64,000 nucleotides of DNA from contig JAPZUE010000009.1 in NCBI GenBank assembly GCA_027533385.1, positions 174,486 to 238,485 of the forward strand, written 5' to 3'. Below the pieces are notes generated by a model. That model did not search any database, was not told the DNA's origin, and worked only from the letters and a program-made list of their open reading frames with translations. A program made the position numbers and the translations under genes. Positions 22,485 through 30,980 of this stretch are shown one piece after another. This DNA comes from Rhizobium sp. GTDB taxonomy: Bacteria; Pseudomonadota; Alphaproteobacteria; Rhizobiales; Rhizobiaceae. Each line of letters opens with the position of its first letter. Position 1 is the first letter of the stretch.

Positions 22485-23702
22485 TCAGCCCTTGGCCGGT
22501 GCGAAGGCCTTTACGTCGGCATGCTCCGCCGCCATCTGCAGATGCAGTCGTTCGCCGGTATAGGGCGTGTGCTTGGCGATGACCTCGTGGTTCAGTTCGA
22601 TGCCGAGGCCCGGCTCGCGCGACGGAATGAGATAGCCGTCGTCGAAGCCGAGCTTTGTCTTCAGCACCTCGGCATGGAAACCGCCAAAATCCATGATCGC
22701 CTCGTGGATGAGGAAGTTCGGGCAGGTGGCTGCGAGCTGTATCGAGGCGGCGGCCCCGACCGGGCCGTTGTAGAGATGCGGCGCGATCTGCGCATAAAAG
22801 GACTCGGCCATCCCGGCGATCTTCTTCGCCTCCAGCAAGCCGCCGACGCGAGCGACATTCATCTGCAGGATGGAGGCAGAGCCAAGCTGCAATACTCTCT
22901 GGAATTCGTATTTCGTCGTCAGGCGCTCGCCCGTCGAGACGGGGATAGAAGTGGCGCGGGCGACTTCCGCCATCGCCGCTTCCTGGCCGGGCGGAACGGG
23001 CTCCTCGAACCAGAGCGGATCGTATTTCTCCAGCCGCTTCGCCAGCCGGATCGCCGAGGAGGGGACCATCTGGCCATGGGTGCCGAAGAGGATGTCGGCG
23101 CGGTTGCCGATCGCATCACGGATCTTGCGGCAAAACTCCTCGCAGCGGTCCATGACCGGCAGCGACAGCTGGTGGCCGGAATAATTGGTGTAGGGGCCGG
23201 CCGGATCGAATTTCAGCCCGGTGAAGCCTGCCTCGACCATGCGGATCGCCTCTTCGGCTGCGAGATCCGGATCGTTGTAGTCGTATTCCCCGGCTGAATT
23301 CTTCGGATAGAGATAGGTGTAGGCGCGCAGCTTATCGTGGACCGGGCCGCCCAGCAGATCGGCTACCGGCCGTCCGGCAGCCTTGCCGATGATGTCCCAG
23401 CAGGCGATTTCGAGACCGGAGATGATCCCGACCATGGTCGGGTCGGGCCGCTGGGTGAAGCCGCTCGAATAGGCCGCGCGCCAGAAGCGCTCGATCTGGT
23501 GCGGATCATGACCTTCGAGATAGCGGGTGAAGACGTCTTCGACGAGGACGGCGATGCCAGAGGGGTGGAAGGCGGTCGAATAGATTTCACCCACACCCTT
23601 GATGCCGCAGGCCGTCTCCAGCTCGACGAAGATCCAGTACATGCCGCCGATATGCGGTGCGGGCGTTGCGACAACGTGTGTCTTGAGCGAAGCGACTTTC
23701 AT
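22485..23702 (-). CDS. Enolase-superfamily (mandelate racemase/galactonate dehydratase subgroup) enzyme, substrate unknown
   Basis: GIKGVGE, KFDP, WFEEPVPP, STGERL, APH, PGLGIE motifs. Confidence 0.88.
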   Translation of the reverse strand: MKVASLKTHVVATPAPHIGGMYWIFVELETACGIKGVGEIYSTAFHPSGIAVLVEDVFTRYLEGHDPHQIERFWRAAYSSGFTQRPDPTMVGIISGLEIACWDIIGKAAGRPVADLLGGPVHDKLRAYTYLYPKNSAGEYDYNDPDLAAEEAIRMVEAGFTGLKFDPAGPYTNYSGHQLSLPVMDRCEEFCRKIRDAIGNRADILFGTHGQMVPSSAIRLAKRLEKYDPLWFEEPVPPGQEAAMAEVARATSIPVSTGERLTTKYEFQRVLQLGSASILQMNVARVGGLLEAKKIAGMAESFYAQIAPHLYNGPVGAAASIQLAATCPNFLIHEAIMDFGGFHAEVLKTKLGFDDGYLIPSREPGLGIELNHEVIAKHTPYTGERLHLQMAAEHADVKAFAPAKG

Positions 23703-23744
23703 GGATGCCCCCGATGAAGAATTCTTGAGCCGGCTAATCGGCGA

Positions 23745-25169
23745 TCAGTGCTTGAGGATGACGAGGCGGGTCTGGGTGAATTCCAGCATGCCGTGCTTGC
23801 CGTCATCGCCGCCGAGGCCGGAGCGCTTCCAGCCGGCATGGTAGCCCTGGTAGGGATCGGCCGGGAAGCGGTTGATGTAGAGCTCGCCCGCCTCGATCTC
23901 GTTCGCGGCCTTCATCACCTTGCGGTAGTTCTCGGTGAAGACGACGGAGGCGAGGCCGAACTGGTGGTCGCTGGCCATGTCCAATGCTGCGTCGAAATCG
24001 GTATAGGGGATCACGGCGAGCACCGGGCCGAAGACTTCTTCCTGGACGATCTCCATGTCCTGGCGGCAGTCGGAGAGCAGCGTCGGCGGATAGAAATAGC
24101 CGTCGCCTGGCGGCAGGAAGCCACCCGTCTCGATGACGGCGCCGTCTGCCTTGGCGCGTTCGACCATGTGATGAACCCTGAGACGGGCTGCGGCATTGGC
24201 GAGCGGTCCCATGCGGCTCGGATCCTCGGCGCGGTCGCCATAGTGGCGACGCTCGAAGGCATCCTTCAGCTTGGCGAGAAGCGTGCCATGCACGGAGGTA
24301 TGCACGTAGAGCCGCTCGACGGAGGTGCAGACCTGGCCGCAATGGGCGGTCTTAGCGGCGAGCACGCTTTTCGTCACCAAATCGAGATCGGCATCCGGCT
24401 CGACGATGACCGGCGTCTTGCCGCCGAGTTCCAGCGAGGGCTTGGCGATATTGACCTTGCAGTAGTCCAGAACCGTCTGGCCGGCGGCGACGCTGCCGGT
24501 CAGGGTGATCATGCCGACCTCGCGGCGGGTCGACATCACCTGGGCTACCTCGTGGCTCATGGCCATGATGCTGACCAGGCCTGCCGGAAGGTCTGCCTCC
24601 TGTATCGCTTCGGCAAAGACGAAGGCCGAGGTCGGCGTGTTGTTGCTGGGCCTGACGACCACGGCATTGCCGGTGATCAGGGCCGGTGCGATCTTGCGGA
24701 CGAGCGTATAGATCGGGAAGTTGAAGGGGATCAGGCAGGCGACGACGCCGATCGGTGCACGCTTGAGCATCAGCGTTTCATTCGGCGTGTCGCTCTCGAT
24801 CACCTCGCCCTCGACGCGGCGCGCCCATTCGGCGTGGTAGCGCATCAACTCAACACTGTAGCCGGTTTCAGCCACGGCATCCTCGATGCTTTTGCCGGAT
24901 TCCTGTGCCAGGGCTGCGCCGATCTTCTGCTGATGGCGCTCGACGGCATCGGCGAGCCTGCGCAGGACATTGCCGCGTTCGATGGCCGGCAGACGACCCC
25001 AGGGCTTCTGAGCGGTAGCCGCGGCGTCCACCGCCTCGATGACATCGGCTTCCGTCGCCGCCGTGACCGATGCAAAAGCCTCACCCGTGGCGGGGTTCTT
25101 CACCTCGATCGTCTGGCGGGCACCGGTTTCGCGAAAAGACCCGGCAATGAAGTTCTGGAAGGTGGTCAT
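23745..25169 (-). CDS. Aldehyde dehydrogenase, AldA-like
   Basis: EWARRVEGEVI, PFNFP, LELGGK, CGQVC, EEVFGP, HAGWKRSGLGGDDGKHG. GGAG precedes ATG 25169. Confidence 0.9.
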   Translation of the reverse strand: MTTFQNFIAGSFRETGARQTIEVKNPATGEAFASVTAATEADVIEAVDAAATAQKPWGRLPAIERGNVLRRLADAVERHQQKIGAALAQESGKSIEDAVAETGYSVELMRYHAEWARRVEGEVIESDTPNETLMLKRAPIGVVACLIPFNFPIYTLVRKIAPALITGNAVVVRPSNNTPTSAFVFAEAIQEADLPAGLVSIMAMSHEVAQVMSTRREVGMITLTGSVAAGQTVLDYCKVNIAKPSLELGGKTPVIVEPDADLDLVTKSVLAAKTAHCGQVCTSVERLYVHTSVHGTLLAKLKDAFERRHYGDRAEDPSRMGPLANAAARLRVHHMVERAKADGAVIETGGFLPPGDGYFYPPTLLSDCRQDMEIVQEEVFGPVLAVIPYTDFDAALDMASDHQFGLASVVFTENYRKVMKAANEIEAGELYINRFPADPYQGYHAGWKRSGLGGDDGKHGMLEFTQTRLVILKH

Positions 25170-25251
25170 GGCAGGCGCTCCGGCAACGGACAGTCGCGCC
25201 AAGTAGGAAGTCGAGCCTGCCTCTTCGCAAGCGACTAATTGTCGGGTTGAT

Positions 25252-25268
25252 CATTCCAAAAAGGAATG
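25252..25268. promoter_or_regulatory. Putative LysR recognition site for the ALDH operon
   Basis: Perfect inverted repeat CATTCC-AAAAA-GGAATG with a T-N11-A core (25254/25266), about 85-100 bp upstream of the ALDH start. Confidence 0.6.
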
Positions 25269-25270
25269 TT

Positions 25271-26197
25271 TCAGGCGCTGATCTGCTTCAGAGATGGAAG
25301 CGAGCCTTCGCTGATCTCGCGGCTCAGCCAGCGTCTGAGCGCCTCGACATGCGGCGACAGCGCCCGGTCGGTGCGTGTCACCAGCCAGTAGGATTCGTGC
25401 CCCTCCACCTCGACATCCAATACCTGTGTAAGCGCGCCCGTCTGCATCAGCGGTGCGACCATCGAGCGATCCGCAACCGCGACACCCAGCCCGTTGCAGG
25501 CGGCTTCGATGACGAGATCCAGGAGGTCGAATTCCAGTCCGCCCTGCGTGTCGGTCTCGGTGAGACCCGCCGCATCCAGCCAGCGCTGCCAGGTGAGATA
25601 ACGCTGGTCGGCGGAGGCCAGCACATGCAGGAAGGTGAAGCGGGAGAGATCGATCGCTTCGCCATCCCGCATCCCTTCCATCAGATGTGGGGCGCAGACG
25701 GCGATATGGCGTTCGGTAAAAAGCCGTTCCGAGCGCAGGCTCGGCCACTCGCCGTCGCCAAAACGTATGGCACAGTCGAGCATGCCGCGTTCGGAAAGAT
25801 TGTCCTCGAGATCGGTCGTGACGCTCAGATCGACATCGGGCAGGAAGGCTCTAAGGCTCATCAGTCGCGGCATCAGCCAGCGCTTGGCAAAGGTCGGCGG
25901 CACGTTGATCCTGAGGCGGCGGAGATTGCTCTTCTCGCGGATGTTGCGAACGGTCATCTCGACCGTGTGGAAGGCCTGCTGCAGCGAGGCCAGCAGTTCG
26001 GCGCCGGAGGGCGTCAGCTCCAGGTGATGATGCCGGCGAATGACGAGGGTTTCGCCCAGCTGTTCCTCCAGATTGCGCACCTGACGGCTGACGGCGCTCT
26101 GGGTGAGGTTCAGCAATTCGGCAGCACGGGTGAAGCTGCGGGTCTGGCCGACCACCTCGAACACCTTCATTGCGGACAGGGCCGGCAGCCGTCTCAT
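25271..26197 (-). CDS. LysR-family regulator (GcvA/AmpR-like)
   Basis: LPALSAMKVFEVVG..SFTRAAELLNLTQSAVSRQVRNLE HTH; PTFAKRWLMPRL; DCAIRFG. Confidence 0.92.
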   Translation of the reverse strand: MRRLPALSAMKVFEVVGQTRSFTRAAELLNLTQSAVSRQVRNLEEQLGETLVIRRHHHLELTPSGAELLASLQQAFHTVEMTVRNIREKSNLRRLRINVPPTFAKRWLMPRLMSLRAFLPDVDLSVTTDLEDNLSERGMLDCAIRFGDGEWPSLRSERLFTERHIAVCAPHLMEGMRDGEAIDLSRFTFLHVLASADQRYLTWQRWLDAAGLTETDTQGGLEFDLLDLVIEAACNGLGVAVADRSMVAPLMQTGALTQVLDVEVEGHESYWLVTRTDRALSPHVEALRRWLSREISEGSLPSLKQISA

Positions 26198-26327
26198 GAT
26201 CCCTCAAACATCCCCTTCAGAGCCTTGCCGCATTAAATCAGAGGCGAACATTATTCGCCATGCACATCTGACGCGAATGTGTCACGCTTTCCGCTATAGC
26301 AGGTTGATGGCATCGGGTGAGCGATGA

Positions 26328-27299
<972 letters not shown>

Positions 27300-27384
27300 G
27301 TAGCGCAGCCTATATGCTAGAAGATTGCGAAACAGGGTTCCCGTTGCTGCTCGAGAACACAACCCTTCATTTCTGGACCTCGTC

Positions 27385-27750
27385 ATGAACGAAACGCCGC
27401 CACTTACGCCAGAAGCTCTCGAGGATTTCCTATCGAAGGCGCGCGCCGCTAGCGGTTTGTTGAAAGCCCTGTCACACGAGACCCGCCTTCTGATGCTCTG
27501 CATTCTCTGTCAGGGCGAAAAGACGGTGACCGAGATCGAGCAGTTTCTCGGCATCCAGCAGGCGGTGGTTTCGCAGCAACTGGCGCGGCTCAGAAGCGAC
27601 AAGGTCGTGCAGACCCGCCGTGAAGGCAGGCAGATCTATTATCGGATCGCCGATCCGCAGCTCGCCGAACTGATTTCCGTGCTCTACAAGATGTATTGTG
27701 GTCCGACGCCCGTGATGCGCGAAGCAGAAGAAGCTCTCGCCGACGCCTGA
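27385..27750 (+). CDS. ArsR/SmtB-family repressor of the BigR/SqrR type (two-Cys)
   Basis: LKALSHETRLLMLCIL, VSQQLARLR HTH, REGRQIYY, C-terminal LYKMYC. Confidence 0.8.
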   Translation: MNETPPLTPEALEDFLSKARAASGLLKALSHETRLLMLCILCQGEKTVTEIEQFLGIQQAVVSQQLARLRSDKVVQTRREGRQIYYRIADPQLAELISVLYKMYCGPTPVMREAEEALADA

Positions 27751-27779
27751 GCTTGTCGGAACGAGCGAAGGGCGGGAGC

Positions 27780-28718
27780 ATGATCGACAAGCTTGAATTC
27801 TTCATCGCGCTCGCCCGCCAGCAGCATTTCGGCCGTGCGGCGGAAGAATGCGGCGTGACGCAGCCGACGCTGTCTGCTGGCATCCGTCAGCTCGAAGAGC
27901 AGCTCGGCGTGATGCTCGTCCAGCGCGGCTCGCGCTTTCTGGGGCTGACACCCGAGGGCCAGCGGGTGCTCGAATGGGCGCGGCGCATCGTTGGCGACAC
28001 CCGCACCATGCGCGAGGAGATGCGGGCGGCTCGCCGCGGTCTTGCGGGTCATATCCGGCTTGCCGTCATTCCCACCGCGCTTGCCATGGTGCAGAAGCTC
28101 ACCGAACCCTTCCAGGCCCGCCATCCGGACGTGACCTTTTCCGTTCTGTCGCGCACCTCGCTGCAGGTTCTGAGCCTGCTCGAAAACCTTGAGATCGACG
28201 CCGGCATTACCTATCTCGACAACGAGCCGCTGGGGCGCGTGACCAGCGTGCCGCTTTATTCGGAGCGTTATCACCTGATCACCGGCGTCGGCACCCCGCT
28301 TGCCGATCGCGACAGCGTCACCTGGAGCGAAGTCGCCGATCTCCGGCTCTGTCTCTTGACCGCCGACATGCAGAACCGCCGGATCATCAACCAGCATATG
28401 GCGGAGGCCGGGGTGACGCCGAAGCCGACGCTCGAATCCAATTCGATGATCGTGCTCTTCTCGCATATCCGCACCGGCAAATGGGCCTCGATCATGCCGA
28501 GAAACGTGGCTGAATCCTTCGGCTTCGGCGAGGAGATCCGGATGATCCCGATCACCGCGCCCGAGGCGGAGCATCTGGTCGGTCTGGTCGCCACCCATCG
28601 CGAGCCCTTCACCCCGCTCGTCTCCGGCCTATTGCATGAGGCACGCTTGCTGGCGGCCTCGAATGCCTTCGATAGAAATCTTCTATCGAGCGACGGAAGC
28701 GCCGTATTGACCTCCTGA
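27780..28718 (+). CDS. fdsR: LysR-family regulator of the formate dehydrogenase operon
   Basis: HFGRAAEECGVTQPTLSAGIRQLE HTH, immediately upstream of fdsG. Confidence 0.8.
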   Translation: MIDKLEFFIALARQQHFGRAAEECGVTQPTLSAGIRQLEEQLGVMLVQRGSRFLGLTPEGQRVLEWARRIVGDTRTMREEMRAARRGLAGHIRLAVIPTALAMVQKLTEPFQARHPDVTFSVLSRTSLQVLSLLENLEIDAGITYLDNEPLGRVTSVPLYSERYHLITGVGTPLADRDSVTWSEVADLRLCLLTADMQNRRIINQHMAEAGVTPKPTLESNSMIVLFSHIRTGKWASIMPRNVAESFGFGEEIRMIPITAPEAEHLVGLVATHREPFTPLVSGLLHEARLLAASNAFDRNLLSSDGSAVLTS

Positions 28719-28733
28719 CATCAGACCCATCAT
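28669..28733 (+). promoter_or_regulatory. LysR operator and sigma70-like promoter for fdsG, overlapping the 3' end of fdsR
   Basis: TCGATAGAA-ATC-TTCTATCGA (28669-28689; ATAG-N7-CTAT), then TTGACC at 28707-28712 and CATCAT boxes at about 28728-28736. Confidence 0.6.
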
Positions 28734-28784
28734 CATCTTCCGATGAACGACCCCGCCAGAGCTCGGCGGGTGAGGAGGATTTCG

Positions 28785-29264
28785 ATGAATATTCGCGTGG
28801 CTGCGGACGACGTCTCCGCCCGCATATCGGCTGTGATCGCCGAGTTGCAGCATCTGGAGGGGCCGATGCTGCCGATCCTGCACCGCGTGCAGGAGGAATT
28901 CGGCTACATCCCTGAGGTCGCCAAGCAGATCATCGCCAACGCGCTGAACCTGTCGCGCGCAGAGGTCCACGGCGTCATCACCTTCTATCACGATTTCCGC
29001 GCCGAGCCCGCTGGCCGGCATGTGCTGAAGCTCTGTCGCGCCGAGGCTTGCCAGTCGATGGGCTGCGAGCCTCTGGCGGAGACAATCAAAGCCAAGCTCG
29101 GCATCGACTGGCACGAGACGACGCCTGACGGTGCCGTCACTCTCGAACCTGTCTTCTGTCTCGGCCTCTGCGCCCAGGCGCCTGCTGCGATGCTGGACGG
29201 CGAGCTGCATGCCCGTCTCGACGAACACTGTCTTAGCGACATTCTGGCGGAGGTGCGCTCATGA
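28785..29264 (+). CDS. fdsG: NAD-linked formate dehydrogenase gamma subunit (NuoE-like, 2Fe-2S)
   Basis: SRAEVHGVITFYHDF, CRAEACQSMG, CLGLCAQAP; strong RBS GAGGAGG. Confidence 0.92.
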   Translation: MNIRVAADDVSARISAVIAELQHLEGPMLPILHRVQEEFGYIPEVAKQIIANALNLSRAEVHGVITFYHDFRAEPAGRHVLKLCRAEACQSMGCEPLAETIKAKLGIDWHETTPDGAVTLEPVFCLGLCAQAPAAMLDGELHARLDEHCLSDILAEVRS

Positions 29265-30829
29265 GCGTGCTAGACACCATCACTGTCTTCGTCCCCCGCG
29301 ATGCTGCGGCCTTGGCCGTCGGTGCCGACAAGGTGGCGGCTGCCATCGAGCGCGAAGCCAAGGCGCGCGGCCAGCACGTCACCATCGTCCGCAATGGCTC
29401 GCGCGGCATGCTGTGGCTGGAAGTGCTGGTCGAGGTCCGCACCGAGAAGGGCCGCGTTGCCTATGGTCCGGTCAGGGCCTCCGACGTGCCATCCCTGTTC
29501 GATGCCGGTTTCCTTGATGGCGGCGAACATCCCCTCGGCCATGGTCTGACCCAGGACATTCCCTTCCTCAAGGGCCAGACGCGGCTGACCTTCGCCCGCT
29601 GCGGCGTGACTGACCCTCTGTCGCTCGATGACTACCGCCACTATCAGGGCCTCAAGGGGCTCGCCAATGCGATTGCCATGCCGCCGGTCGAGATCGTCAA
29701 GCAGGTCACCGATAGCGGCCTGCGCGGTCGTGGCGGTGCAGGCTTCCCGACCGGCATCAAGTGGAAGACGGTTGCGGACGCCAAGGCCGACCAGAAATAC
29801 ATCGTCTGCAATGCCGATGAAGGCGACAGCGGCACCTTTGCCGACCGGATGATCATGGAAGGCGATCCCTTCGTGTTGATCGAAGGCATGGCGATTGCCG
29901 GGATCGCGGTCGGTGCCACCAAGGGCTATGTCTACACCCGCTCCGAATATCCGCATGCCATCGCCGTCATGGAAGAGGCAATCGCGATTGCCCGACGCGA
30001 GGGCATCCTGGGTGCCTCCGTCCTGGGTTCCCCTTATGCCTTTGACATGGAGGTCCGCATGGGTGCGGGCGCCTATGTCTGCGGCGAGGAAACCTCTCTG
30101 CTGAACAGCCTTGAAGGCAAGCGCGGCGTGGTGCGCGCCAAGCCGCCGCTTCCCGCACTTCAGGGCCTGTTCGGTAAGCCGACAGTCGTCAACAACGTCA
30201 TGTCGCTTGCCTCCATCCCCGTCATCATGGATCGCGGTGCGCAGTTCTATCGCGATTTCGGCGTCGGTCGGTCGCATGGCACGATCCCGATCCAGCTTGC
30301 CGGCAATCTCAAGCATGGCGGGCTCTACGAGACCGCCTTCGGCCTGCCGCTCGGCCAGCTGATCAACGAGATCGGCGGCGGAACGATCTCCGGGCGTCCG
30401 GTCAAGGCGGTTCAGGTCGGCGGGCCGCTCGGCGCCTATTTCCCGCCCTCGCTGTTCGACACGATCTTCGACTACGAGGCCTTCACCGCTGCCGGTGGCC
30501 TGATCGGCCATGCCGGTGTGGTGGTCTTCGATGACACCGCCGACATGCTGAAACAGGCGCGTTTCGCCATGGAATTCTGTGCGGTCGAAAGCTGCGGCAA
30601 GTGCACGCCCTGCCGCATCGGCTCGACCCGTGGCGTCGAGACGGTCGACAAGATCGCGCGCGGCATCGAGCCGGAGAAGAACAAGGTGCTGCTGGCGGAT
30701 CTCTGCAACACCATGAAGTTCGGCTCGCTCTGTGCGTTGGGTGGTTTTACGCCTTATCCGGTGATGAGTGCGATGACGCATTTCCCGGAAGACTTTGCAC
30801 CGGCACCGGTCAGGGAGGCTGCGGAATGA
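29261..30829 (+). CDS. fdsB: Formate dehydrogenase beta subunit (NuoF-like)
   Basis: GLRGRGGAGFPTG, NADEGDSG, GAYVCGEETSL, CGKCTPCRIG...SLC. Confidence 0.95.
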   Translation: MSVLDTITVFVPRDAAALAVGADKVAAAIEREAKARGQHVTIVRNGSRGMLWLEVLVEVRTEKGRVAYGPVRASDVPSLFDAGFLDGGEHPLGHGLTQDIPFLKGQTRLTFARCGVTDPLSLDDYRHYQGLKGLANAIAMPPVEIVKQVTDSGLRGRGGAGFPTGIKWKTVADAKADQKYIVCNADEGDSGTFADRMIMEGDPFVLIEGMAIAGIAVGATKGYVYTRSEYPHAIAVMEEAIAIARREGILGASVLGSPYAFDMEVRMGAGAYVCGEETSLLNSLEGKRGVVRAKPPLPALQGLFGKPTVVNNVMSLASIPVIMDRGAQFYRDFGVGRSHGTIPIQLAGNLKHGGLYETAFGLPLGQLINEIGGGTISGRPVKAVQVGGPLGAYFPPSLFDTIFDYEAFTAAGGLIGHAGVVVFDDTADMLKQARFAMEFCAVESCGKCTPCRIGSTRGVETVDKIARGIEPEKNKVLLADLCNTMKFGSLCALGGFTPYPVMSAMTHFPEDFAPAPVREAAE

Positions 30830-30844
30830 GCTTCGTTTCTCTTT

Positions 30845-30963
30845 CGTCATCCTCGGGCTTGTCCCGAGGATCTACCGATTTTGCCATGCGGGGGACGTTC
30901 ATTGCTGAACCGGCTCCCAGAATTCAGACGCAGCAGATCCTCGGGACAAGCCCGAGGATGACG
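30845..30963. repeat. Inverted doublet of CGTC-tagged REP-like palindromes
   Basis: CGTCATCCTCGGGCTTGTCCCGAGGATCT (30845-30873) and its exact reverse complement (30935-30963). Each unit is internally palindromic. Confidence 0.9.
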
Positions 30964-30980
30964 GCGGAAAGGTAAGCGCC

